Positions 18,351 to 26,858 of a stretch of 64,000 nucleotides of DNA are shown piece after piece. The notes under the pieces were generated by a model that saw only the letters and a program-made list of their open reading frames with translations, was not told where the DNA came from and ran no database searches. The translations under genes and the position numbers were made by a program. The stretch is from positions 9,199-73,198 of the forward strand of contig JAFZZT010000002.1 of assembly GCA_017615595.1 (NCBI GenBank), written 5' to 3'. Position 1 is the stretch's first letter, and every line of letters begins with the position of its first letter. The DNA comes from Bacteroidales bacterium. Lineage in GTDB: Bacteria; Bacteroidota; Bacteroidia; Bacteroidales; WCHB1-69.

Positions 18351-19481
18351 TTATTGTCTGAAAATACAATAGGTGTCGCCGCAGGGCAGATAGAGACTGT
18401 CCTCGTGCAGCGGGACTGAGGCCATGATGGGATAGGTCTTCTTCTGTGCTGCCAAGGGGATAGTCAGTGTGACAAGCCCCGTCTCATCCGACCACACCGT
18501 CTGGCCCTCTATCAGCACCTCCACGCCCGACAGGTATTGTTCCGTTTGTGGGTCATAGATCCGAAAACGGATGTCGCCATAGACGGCCGGGTCGCGGGCG
18601 ACATTCACCTTCACGAGTTCTGTCAGCATCACCGTGGTGTCGGTGGTCAGGAAGTCGCGGCAGGAGACGGTCACCTGCACAGGCTTGTTGAGATACTTGT
18701 GGGGGATGTTGCGGAAGAGCACATGTCCATCCATAGCGCGGAGGGTGTCCGTCTCGGTCTTGTTGGGGAGGGAGAGTGTCACCACGGCATCCTGCATCTC
18801 CGGCAGGTAGTCATTGTGCACCGAGGTCTCGTTCACCCGCAGGACCACGTCCATCGGCAGGCCCTGGCGCCAGAGGCCGACCAGTGCCGCGAGCACAAGG
18901 AGGGTCCCGAACACCCAGGCAATGGCCTTACGGATAAGCTGACGGCGATGGCGTTTCCAGATGGCATCGAACTCCACATCCAACAGCTTGGAGACCAGCT
19001 GCACATAGGCGCGTTCCCGGTTCAGCCAGGGAAACCAGTGTATCTGCTCGTTGATGTTCGCGCCGAGGATCTCCGGCAGTCCCAGCGTCTCCACCACGGG
19101 ATTGAAGCACTCTTTGTCAGGGTCCTCGCTATGCGGTTCGCCATCCACGATGAAGAAGTGGATGTTCTGCGTTCGTCCCAACTCATGGAAGAAGGCAATC
19201 TCGCGCCCCACCCACTCCGACTTGGCCGAATGGGGAGAGCAGATCACCACAAGGTTGCGGGAAGCCTTCAGCCGCTCCTGGAGCTCGAGAGAGAGGCCGC
19301 CCGGCTGGATGTCCGTGGGAGCAAAGAAGACCGGCTTGATGGGGGCACGCTCCCACCCACGCTCACTGCACAGCGTGGCGGGCATCCGGTAGTGCTCCAG
19401 CTTCTTCTGCAGCCGCTTCCCCCACTTCACATCGTGGGAGTTGTAGCTGATAAAGGCGAAATATTTATACTGTTGCTCCAT
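18351..19481 (-). CDS. TIR domain protein with central TM helix and C-terminal beta-sandwich (CarboxypepD_reg-like) region
   Basis: YKYFAFISYNSHDVKWGKRLQKKLEHY...VVICSPHSAKSEWVGREIAFF is a TIR_2-type signature including the conserved Glu. TM segment IAWVFGTLLVLAALVGLW. Confidence 0.8.
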   Translation of the reverse strand: MEQQYKYFAFISYNSHDVKWGKRLQKKLEHYRMPATLCSERGWERAPIKPVFFAPTDIQPGGLSLELQERLKASRNLVVICSPHSAKSEWVGREIAFFHELGRTQNIHFFIVDGEPHSEDPDKECFNPVVETLGLPEILGANINEQIHWFPWLNRERAYVQLVSKLLDVEFDAIWKRHRRQLIRKAIAWVFGTLLVLAALVGLWRQGLPMDVVLRVNETSVHNDYLPEMQDAVVTLSLPNKTETDTLRAMDGHVLFRNIPHKYLNKPVQVTVSCRDFLTTDTTVMLTELVKVNVARDPAVYGDIRFRIYDPQTEQYLSGVEVLIEGQTVWSDETGLVTLTIPLAAQKKTYPIMASVPLHEDSLYLPCGDTYCIFRQ

Positions 19482-19492
19482 GGAGATGATGA

Positions 19493-19801
19493 TCAGATGG
19501 TGGTTTTATCCTTGCTGGTAATTTCAAAGCCGTTGAGGACAATGAACTTCAGCGTCTCGATGCTGGTGTTGCGGTCATAGACCTTCTCCTCTTCTGGCAG
19601 TTCGTCGTAGGGCACCAGACAGGGATGCTTCTTGTCGGCATCGTTGCGCGCCGGGCCATACGTCCAGCCCTGGGCCATCCGCATGGCAGACCACACCTCA
19701 TGGACGTTCCGGGCCATCATCTCGGCCAGGCCCATCAGTTCGGACGACAGCTCCACACGGGAAGTGTCTGTAGGAGTAGGATTATAGTTGTCAGTATTCA
19801 T
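19493..19801 (-). CDS. Stand-alone RyR (ryanodine-receptor repeat) domain protein
   Basis: LAEMMARNVHEVWSAMRMAQGWTYGPARNDADKKHPCLVPYDELPEEEKVYDRNTSIETLKFI matches the bacterial RyR domain consensus (PF02026-type). Confidence 0.8.
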   Translation of the reverse strand: MNTDNYNPTPTDTSRVELSSELMGLAEMMARNVHEVWSAMRMAQGWTYGPARNDADKKHPCLVPYDELPEEEKVYDRNTSIETLKFIVLNGFEITSKDKTTI

Positions 19802-19816
19802 TTCTTACAGTGTTTC

Positions 19817-21955
19817 TTAAGACGTCATACGCAGAAGCCATGGTATGTACTTGACGATTTCGCGGTCCAGCTGCTGCGAGACTGCCGGCAACTTTTCAAA
19901 CGGACGGATATCGTAATGTATATACAGTTCCTTATTGTGTTTAAGTTCTTGGTCATACTGTTCATGCTCATATCTGTCTTCCGACCGCCGAGGTTTCCGG
20001 AATCCCATGAGCAGCTTCTCGACATTCCAGCGGTTATGTTCCATACACGCCAACGTCTCGATCTCCTCGCCATTCAACGGGGAAAGGTCCTGGGAGGCAT
20101 CGCCAGAAGCCATGTTGCGCATAGCCCGCAAGGTGGACAGCTTGCAGGAGAGGTTGAAAGCACAATAGAGATTCGACCACTTTTTGGCGACTGTCAGGGC
20201 GCGCCAATAATGGTCGGCCTCAGCCCATATATCCTGGGCTGGCATGGCCGCAAGCTCCTCCAAGCTCTTATACTGCGCATGGTCATAGTCGGCCGTTTCA
20301 TAGAGGTAGTTCAGCAACTTGGCTTGCTTCAAGGGAGTCTCGTCAGAACGGTAGGCCATGTCATCCATGCCGAAAGGATAGATGTGGGCATAGCGGTGTT
20401 TGCGCTTCTCCCGCGCCAGCTTGTCGTCTTTCACCTGACAGTAGTTGTATTCCTTATCATCCGCTGCCCGCAGGTTGGTGACAAAGTCATCGGCCCGATC
20501 CTGACGGATGAAGACCGGCACCTCATTGTCATACACCTCATCGGGCATGTTCATCCCCGTCATGAAATTATGGCGTTGATCGGATCTGGTGACAAAGATA
20601 GAGAGATACTCGTGATCCTTATCCTGCGCCCATTTCTTGATAAGATCCTGGATCCCATCGGCATAGACATCGCCTTTGATAAATTCGAACTCGGTGTCCA
20701 GAAAGTCCGTGTCGGGCAACTCCGGGGAGACACGCTGATCGATTTTCACAGGAAGATACGCCGCGTCATCCTTTGACATATCGCAATAGTAGAAGGGCTG
20801 AACCTCAAAATAATGCCGGTTGCGGGTGGCGAACAAGCGCATCTCCTCATCGGCATTCTTCTCGATGAACGTGATGCGGGTCCGCAGCGCCTTGTCGCGG
20901 TTGAAGTTAGGAAAATGAAGGAGATGGGCCGCCTGCATAGCCATGGAGACCGAGAAGTTGGTGACGCCCACAAAGAGCAGATGCACCCTTCTCGGGTCCT
21001 CATAGAGGATGCCGTCCCCATAGACGGAAGGATACGGAATCTCCTCAGCCACATTGTTTTTCTCTTTGTACGAGCGGCGCACAAACACTTGGGTGGCCCA
21101 GTCATCATAGAAGTTGTAGGGCACGAACTCGACACCCAGATCTCCTATCTGGGAGAATATCTCGGTGGTCTTGAAGGCAGCATAGGTGTCGAAGTCTTCA
21201 AAGACGCAGATAATGCGTTTGGGTCTCTGTTTGAAATCGTGTTCCGACAGATACATATAGATATTGTCCACGCACTCCACGTTGATCGCGTCGTGTTCCG
21301 GGCGGGTGCGGTTACCCACTATGTAGATGCCCTCGGCAGCTTCCAGATGGATATCCTGGTAGTAATCCTTCACCATCCGGTGGCCATAAACGACGAATAT
21401 CTGGTCCATCTTGTCGCGGGCCACGGAGCGGAGGAGTTTCTCATGCACCTGTTTGGCATCCAGGGCCGAGAGCAGCACCACGTCAGCCTGAGGTGCTTTG
21501 GCGAAGATCTCGGTGATGATGGAGGGCACCATATCGTCGTAGCCCATGATGATGTAGTGGCCGCTCTTGACGTAGTGCAGCAGGCCGTCACGGTGCGCAT
21601 CCACGCGGTTGTCGATGGCGTTGGTGATGAGACCGATCATGATGCCGTTGAAGATGATGAGGCCGAAGAGGTAGGAGATGCCGCTGGCCACCAGCAGCCA
21701 TCCATGGGTCCCTTCGCCGAAATAGACGTAGCTATAGGCGCTGGTATCGACTAGCAGGAACAGCGGCAACGACCAGACAGGGATTCCTTTGTATGCGCAA
21801 TAGGCTCTCCAGTCGGAACCGGAGAAAGAGAGCAGCAGGTACGATATCAGCAGGAGGACGACAAACAGCACCAGCAGAATGAGGATCTGCCGACTGAAAC
21901 TGCGCGACATCGCCCTGTCGAGGAATAGTTTGACATTACTTCTCTTCTTAGCCAT
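19817..21955 (-). CDS. Channel-like membrane protein: N-terminal TM/pore-loop-like region, two RCK/TrkA-N-like Rossmann modules, C-terminal RyR domain
   Basis: TM helices (ILILLVLFVVLLLISYLLL; LLVASGISYLFGLIIFNGIMIGLI) flank the loop YVYFGEGTHG. HYIIMGYDDMVPSI and HLLFVGVTNFSV are Rossmann-like starts. The C-terminal ACMEHNRWNVEKLLMGF...YIHYDIRPFEKLP is RyR-like. Confidence 0.65.
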   Translation of the reverse strand: MAKKRSNVKLFLDRAMSRSFSRQILILLVLFVVLLLISYLLLSFSGSDWRAYCAYKGIPVWSLPLFLLVDTSAYSYVYFGEGTHGWLLVASGISYLFGLIIFNGIMIGLITNAIDNRVDAHRDGLLHYVKSGHYIIMGYDDMVPSIITEIFAKAPQADVVLLSALDAKQVHEKLLRSVARDKMDQIFVVYGHRMVKDYYQDIHLEAAEGIYIVGNRTRPEHDAINVECVDNIYMYLSEHDFKQRPKRIICVFEDFDTYAAFKTTEIFSQIGDLGVEFVPYNFYDDWATQVFVRRSYKEKNNVAEEIPYPSVYGDGILYEDPRRVHLLFVGVTNFSVSMAMQAAHLLHFPNFNRDKALRTRITFIEKNADEEMRLFATRNRHYFEVQPFYYCDMSKDDAAYLPVKIDQRVSPELPDTDFLDTEFEFIKGDVYADGIQDLIKKWAQDKDHEYLSIFVTRSDQRHNFMTGMNMPDEVYDNEVPVFIRQDRADDFVTNLRAADDKEYNYCQVKDDKLAREKRKHRYAHIYPFGMDDMAYRSDETPLKQAKLLNYLYETADYDHAQYKSLEELAAMPAQDIWAEADHYWRALTVAKKWSNLYCAFNLSCKLSTLRAMRNMASGDASQDLSPLNGEEIETLACMEHNRWNVEKLLMGFRKPRRSEDRYEHEQYDQELKHNKELYIHYDIRPFEKLPAVSQQLDREIVKYIPWLLRMTS

Positions 21956-21994
21956 AAACCATCATTTAGATTTCTATTGTACGCACACCAGCGG

Positions 21995-22002
21995 CAAAAG
22001 TA
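21995..22002 (-). promoter_or_regulatory. Bacteroidetes -7 box (TACTTTTG on minus strand) for the RyR/TIR/TPR operon
   Basis: CAAAAGTA on the + strand, 40 nt upstream of the ATG at 21955. I saw no comparable box between the four downstream genes. Confidence 0.5.
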
Positions 22003-22057
22003 ACAATTTTTCATAACACAGGATAAAAAAAACGGAGGATAGCGTCTTTCTTTTTTG

Positions 22058-22065
22058 TATTTTTG
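22058..22065 (+). promoter_or_regulatory. Bacteroidetes -7 box TATTTTTG for the esterase gene
   Basis: 35 nt upstream of the ATG at 22100. Confidence 0.5.
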
Positions 22066-22099
22066 CAGGCTGAAATCAACCATTAATCATCCGATTATA

Positions 22100-23764
22100 A
22101 TGAGAATAAAATCCAAACTTATCCTGTGGATCCTTTTGTGGGCGCTCTTGCCGGCATGCAGCCATTTTGACATCTCCCGCTATAGAGAAGGTGACATTTT
22201 CGTCTCCAAACATGGCGAAAAAACGTTGGTCGTGGTATTGGACCACATCGCCGGAGACACGCTTGCCGGTCGTCTTTACCAAAACGACACCCCTATCGCG
22301 GCTCCGCACCCCTTCACCCTTATTGTGCATGGAAAGTCCGCCAAACTCTCTATTGCCAGTCCTTCCAAGGAGATCCGCATGACGCTCAAAAGTATTCAAC
22401 ATGAGATCCAATGCCGTTACCGGGATGGGAAGGACAAAGAATCCATGCTTCTCAAGCCACTCCCAGCCCCAGACACCGTCACCTACAGAAACCAGTATAT
22501 TGACCCGCTGTTTCGCACCAAGGTGACCAAAAACATCATATATGCCCGCGCGGAAGGTTATTGGACCAGCTATCCGGATGAAGACAAGAAATTTGTGGAA
22601 ATCTACACGAAACGCTTGTCGGAATTGACCTCCATGAAAGAGCAGAAGTTAGCCCTGGACCTTTACGAACCGATTGATGGCTCTGAAAACGCACGTCCCC
22701 TGATCGTGATGATTCACGGCGGGGCCTTCTACAATGGTGACAAGCAGGACGAGCCATACAAGGAGTGGTGCCAACACTTCGCCTCCATCGGCTATGTGGC
22801 CGTGTCCGTCAACTACCGGATGGGGTTCCTGCCCCACAAAGAAGCCATTGACAAGGCAGGATACCGCGCCGTCCAAGACGTCAATGCCGCCATCCGCTAT
22901 CTGCTTCACCATGCAGACAAATATCGCATCGACCCCAACCGCATCTTCCTGTGGGGAACGAGCGCCGGCGCCATCACCGCGCTGAATGTGACGTTCATGC
23001 AGAACAAAGACCGGCCAAACAGCGTGATTGAGGAAGGCCTTATCTCCAAACACATCCCGGAATGCAAGGAGACGTTCCACGTCAAGGCAGTGGCCAACAT
23101 GTGGGGTGCAGTCCACGACACGACCATCCTCGCCAACAGCCCCAACACCTCCATCATCTCCTTCCACGCCAACGAAGACCCCATCGTGCCCTACGGGTAT
23201 GGAATTCCTTTCAAGGACATGCTCGACCTAAGCGATAGATTGGACATCTCCAAACACCTTCCTCAGTTCCTCCAGAGGGACGACAAGACTTCGAGTCAAA
23301 AGAAATCGAAGCAGATGGTCAATCGTTTCACAGACCCTTTATGGGACTTCATCTTCTCGCCCATGTACGGTTCCGCCTGTATCCATGATTATTGCAAGAA
23401 ACACGGCAGGCGTAGCAAGTTGTTCACCGCCAAGGTTGCCATACACAGTCTCCATGTGGATTCGCACCGGAATATCGTTCCCTATTTCTACACCATTCAA
23501 GATTCTGTGGCGCGGTTTTTCTATACTGAACTATACACCCACCCTGCCGTCCTACGACAAGACAAACAGGATCTCACATTGTACACCTTGGACGATCATT
23601 CCGTGGCCGAGGTCCACTGGCTGGTGGATGGAGGGGTTGTATTGGAATCTTCCAACGACCATGCATATATTCTTTTCTTCTCCGACAAAAAGAGACATGC
23701 CGTACGCGTGTCGGGAAAATACAAGGACGGAGCCGAATTCTCCTCCACCCGTATTGTCCCGTAG
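22100..23764 (+). CDS. Secreted alpha/beta hydrolase (carboxylesterase/lipase-like) with N-terminal extra domain
   Basis: MRIKSKLILWILLWALLPAC signal/lipobox, an oxyanion HGG motif (VMIHGGAFYNGD) and a nucleophile elbow GTSAGA. Confidence 0.75.
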   Translation: MRIKSKLILWILLWALLPACSHFDISRYREGDIFVSKHGEKTLVVVLDHIAGDTLAGRLYQNDTPIAAPHPFTLIVHGKSAKLSIASPSKEIRMTLKSIQHEIQCRYRDGKDKESMLLKPLPAPDTVTYRNQYIDPLFRTKVTKNIIYARAEGYWTSYPDEDKKFVEIYTKRLSELTSMKEQKLALDLYEPIDGSENARPLIVMIHGGAFYNGDKQDEPYKEWCQHFASIGYVAVSVNYRMGFLPHKEAIDKAGYRAVQDVNAAIRYLLHHADKYRIDPNRIFLWGTSAGAITALNVTFMQNKDRPNSVIEEGLISKHIPECKETFHVKAVANMWGAVHDTTILANSPNTSIISFHANEDPIVPYGYGIPFKDMLDLSDRLDISKHLPQFLQRDDKTSSQKKSKQMVNRFTDPLWDFIFSPMYGSACIHDYCKKHGRRSKLFTAKVAIHSLHVDSHRNIVPYFYTIQDSVARFFYTELYTHPAVLRQDKQDLTLYTLDDHSVAEVHWLVDGGVVLESSNDHAYILFFSDKKRHAVRVSGKYKDGAEFSSTRIVP

Positions 23765-23796
23765 AGCCTGACCGTCACGAACCAAGCACTTATAAG

Positions 23797-24843
23797 ATGA
23801 AAAGCTACAACATCGCATATAAATCAGAAAAAGGAAGGAAGAAAGAGCATTACGAGCGCAATGGGGACTATTGTGCCTATTTGGAAACCGACTCTTGCGT
23901 GATCGTGGCGCTCGCCGACGGTGTCGGCCGTTGCTTAAATGACGCGGAAGCCTCAGAGACCGCCTGCAGAGTGTTCATTGAAAAATGTCGGGACCACCTG
24001 GAGCGGCATCTTCTGGACGAAGACACTCTGCGGAGATTTTGCGAAGAGATCGACCCCGTATTGAGTGCCAAAAGGCTGATGAGCTGTTTCAGTGCTGTCG
24101 CATGGCAACCCAAGGAAAACAGCGCCATCTGGATTCATGTCGGCGACACGCGCATCTACCATTACAGTTTCGGAAAAGGGCTGCGGCAGATCACCACTGA
24201 CGACCATGGGAAACCGGTCATCCAGAGAGTCAATGGGAAGGTGCACACCGACCACGGGTCCGTGATCACCGCCACCCCCATCAGCAGCGCAATCGGAGAT
24301 ACCGGACTATGTTTCCACACTGGGAAAATCGACTTTGCGCCGGGCGAATGCTTGGTCCTATGTTCTGATGGCATGTACGGCTCCGCCGGTTTTGCCCTGG
24401 ACATGGAAACGGTGATCGGGAGCGACAATCTCCCCGTGGCGACGAGCAGAATCCCCCACACCGATGACGATGACGCTTCCGTCCTGATTTTGAGACGCAC
24501 AGACGGCTACGGGCGAAAGAGCTCCCTCCAATCCTTGACTGCCGAGATCAACGGCGTGGAGAAACATCTCCCCCGGCACATTTTGCTCCGCGAGATAAGG
24601 ACCAGCATGTCCCAAGGCATCACGCAAGAAGGTAGTGAGGAGGCGCTGGCCACATTCATCAAATTATGCAGCGAGCGACACCTCCACATAGCATACGAAG
24701 CCGCCACGGGCATCCTCGAGACAGCCAGAAAGCGCTACTACGACACACCCTCCAGCGCCCCGCACAAAAAAGATATTGAGCGAATGGTCATCGCATTACA
24801 GAACTATGTGGCGGAAGTGAGAAGGTTTGGGGGATCAAAATAA
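23797..24843 (+). CDS. PP2C-family (PPM) Ser/Thr phosphatase with C-terminal helical extension
   Basis: VIVALADGVG...IWIHVGDTRIYHY...LVLCSDGMY...DDDASVLIL are the PPM metal-binding Asp motifs. Confidence 0.7.
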   Translation: MKSYNIAYKSEKGRKKEHYERNGDYCAYLETDSCVIVALADGVGRCLNDAEASETACRVFIEKCRDHLERHLLDEDTLRRFCEEIDPVLSAKRLMSCFSAVAWQPKENSAIWIHVGDTRIYHYSFGKGLRQITTDDHGKPVIQRVNGKVHTDHGSVITATPISSAIGDTGLCFHTGKIDFAPGECLVLCSDGMYGSAGFALDMETVIGSDNLPVATSRIPHTDDDDASVLILRRTDGYGRKSSLQSLTAEINGVEKHLPRHILLREIRTSMSQGITQEGSEEALATFIKLCSERHLHIAYEAATGILETARKRYYDTPSSAPHKKDIERMVIALQNYVAEVRRFGGSK

Positions 24844-24849
24844 TAATTG

Positions 24850-24857
24850 TATTTTTG
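24850..24857 (+). promoter_or_regulatory. Bacteroidetes -7 box TATTTTTG for livHM-like permease genes
   Basis: It lies inside the first codons of the track ORF (24847), so the real start must be downstream. Confidence 0.5.
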
Positions 24858-24915
24858 CACCCTGCGCCTTTGTGCAACAAAAAACACAAACTTAAACGAC
24901 AATAAACGATTCAAT

Positions 24916-25782
24916 TTGGGACAGTTCATCGTCAACGGCATCATCACAGGCATCCTCTATTCCCTTCTGGCAATAGGGTTTGCGCTGGTCTATAACACCA
25001 CCAAGCTGTTCCATATCGTGGCGGCAGCCATCTACGTCTTCGCCGCGTTCATGTTCTACCTCTTTGCCGTAATCTTCGGACTGCCCGTCATGGTCGCCGC
25101 GCTCGTCTCCATTCTGCTGACCATGGGCTTGAGCTTGCTGACGGACGTTTCGGTCTATCGTCCGCTGAAAAAACGGAAGAGCTCCAACAATGTGGCCATG
25201 ATCGCCTCCATCGGCATGATGACCGTCATCATCAACTTGATCGCCATGTTGTTCGGCAATGAGACAAAGGTCATTGACAACACCATCCACCGCACTTTTG
25301 CTTTGGGCGGTCTCATCATCACCACCCCGCAAATGTGGCAGTTGGTGGCCGGCTCAGTGGTGCTGGTGCTGTTCCTGCTCTTCATCGGCCTCAGCAGCTG
25401 GGGCGCCCGTCTACGCTCGTTGAGCGCCGACAGCGTGCTTGACGAGACTTTAGGCGATAGCACCTCCAGCACTCGCTCCATGGTGTTCCTGATGAGCGGC
25501 GCCTTCATCGCCATCGCCAGTTGCCTGACCGTTTACGATATAGGGCTGGATCCGAGCATGGGCATGAATATGCTCTTCAACGCGATGGTGGCCATGATCA
25601 TCGGCGGCGTGGGGCGCTTCGGCACCTGCGTCCTCGGCGGCATCACGCTGGGCGTGCTGCAAGCCCTGACCGCCTGGCAGTTCTCTTCCAACTGGCAGAA
25701 CGCCGTCACTTTTGTACTCCTCCTGCTACTACTCTTTTTGAGGCCGCAAGGTATTGCGGGATACAAACAACGAACTGTATAA
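24916..25782 (+). CDS. livH: Branched-chain amino acid ABC transporter permease (LivH-like)
   Basis: GIITGILYSLLAIGFALVYNTTKLFHIVAAAIYVFAAF is a LivH-type N-terminus. A start at TTG 24916 is assumed because no in-frame ATG follows the promoter box, so the start is uncertain. Confidence 0.7.
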   Translation: MGQFIVNGIITGILYSLLAIGFALVYNTTKLFHIVAAAIYVFAAFMFYLFAVIFGLPVMVAALVSILLTMGLSLLTDVSVYRPLKKRKSSNNVAMIASIGMMTVIINLIAMLFGNETKVIDNTIHRTFALGGLIITTPQMWQLVAGSVVLVLFLLFIGLSSWGARLRSLSADSVLDETLGDSTSSTRSMVFLMSGAFIAIASCLTVYDIGLDPSMGMNMLFNAMVAMIIGGVGRFGTCVLGGITLGVLQALTAWQFSSNWQNAVTFVLLLLLLFLRPQGIAGYKQRTV

Positions 25783-25830
25783 ATGGGTTAAAAGGTTAAT
25801 ATGGACAATAACATAATGGTTGAAAAATAA

Positions 25831-26703
25831 ATGGAATACTTACTGCACATAGGAATCATGCTCAGCATCTACGTCATCTTGGTGCTCAGTACCAACCTCA
25901 CAGTGGGTATGGCCAACCTTTTGACGTTGTGTCAAGCCGCGTTCTACGGCATCGGCGCCTATATTGGCACCTTCTTCCTGATGCAGTTCAACCTGCCCTT
26001 TGTCCTCATCGCCTTGATTGTGATGGTGGCAACGGGTCTCACAAGTATCCTGATATCTTATGCCTCGGTGAAACTGAAAGGGGACTACTTTATCCTAGCC
26101 ACTTTGGGATTCCAGATGGTGGTCTATACCATCTTGTACAACTGGATTGATGTGACCAGAGGGCCCTACGGCATCCCCGGCATTCCCAGCATCAAGCTGT
26201 TCGGAATATGGAGTTTAAGCAGCATATACGCGTACTTCATCCTCGCCGTGGTAGTGGCCGTCTTAGTGGCATGGCTCTTCAGCCGGATGCAGCGTTCCCC
26301 CTACGGCCGCATCTTGAAAGCTATCCGCACGGACGAGCTGTCGGCGCAGTCGTTGGGGCGCAACACCAACAAGCTGAAACGCTGGGCCTTCTTCCTGTCC
26401 GCCGCTTTTGCGGGTGTGGCGGGTTTGATCTACGCCTCGTATGTGAGCTATATCGACCCCACCAGTTTCACGCTGGACGAGAGCATCTTCATCATCACGG
26501 CCTTGTTCATCGGCGGCATTGGCAGCCGCGTGTGGGGCCCGATCGTGGGCGCTGTGGTAGTGGTTCTCCTGCCCGAGTTGTTGCGTTTCGTCGGTCTGCC
26601 CGATGCCATCGCAGCCAACCTGCGTCAGGTGATCTACGGATTAGTATTGATAGTATTAATGTTCGTCCGCCCGCAAGGTCTGCTGGGCGACGCTAAGATT
26701 TGA
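25831..26703 (+). CDS. livM: Branched-chain amino acid ABC transporter permease (LivM-like)
   Basis: LSTNLTVGMANLLTLCQAAFYGIGAYIGTFF and a downstream permease core. It follows the livH-like gene. Confidence 0.75.
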   Translation: MEYLLHIGIMLSIYVILVLSTNLTVGMANLLTLCQAAFYGIGAYIGTFFLMQFNLPFVLIALIVMVATGLTSILISYASVKLKGDYFILATLGFQMVVYTILYNWIDVTRGPYGIPGIPSIKLFGIWSLSSIYAYFILAVVVAVLVAWLFSRMQRSPYGRILKAIRTDELSAQSLGRNTNKLKRWAFFLSAAFAGVAGLIYASYVSYIDPTSFTLDESIFIITALFIGGIGSRVWGPIVGAVVVVLLPELLRFVGLPDAIAANLRQVIYGLVLIVLMFVRPQGLLGDAKI

Positions 26704-26744
26704 TGTTTAAGGAATTCTTTTCTTCTTTTTTGGAAAAATAATCG

Positions 26745-26752
26745 TATTTTTG
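26745..26752 (+). promoter_or_regulatory. Bacteroidetes -7 box TATTTTTG
   Basis: 107 nt upstream of the ATG at 26859. The leader contains the hairpin at 26769-26812. Confidence 0.45.
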
Positions 26753-26768
26753 CAGCATCAATAGAATT

Positions 26769-26812
26769 CCTTCTTAGCGCAGGTCAAATGGGTTCTGACT
26801 GCACTAAGAAGG
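26769..26812 (+). other. Strong 14-bp stem / 16-nt loop hairpin in the 5' leader
   Basis: ccttcttagcgcag gtcaaatgggttctga ctgcactaagaagg: 13 of 14 positions pair. No T-run follows. Confidence 0.6.
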
Positions 26813-26858
26813 TAAGTGAAAAACTTTCAGAACCCGTTATTCTATCCAAGCCCTCACT

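Noticed and set aside
24847-24915. ATG at 24847 as the livH start
   Set aside because: The first codons coincide with the TATTTTTG promoter box, and the encoded MYFCTLRLCATKNTNLNDNKRF is not permease-like. A downstream non-ATG start is more plausible but unproven.
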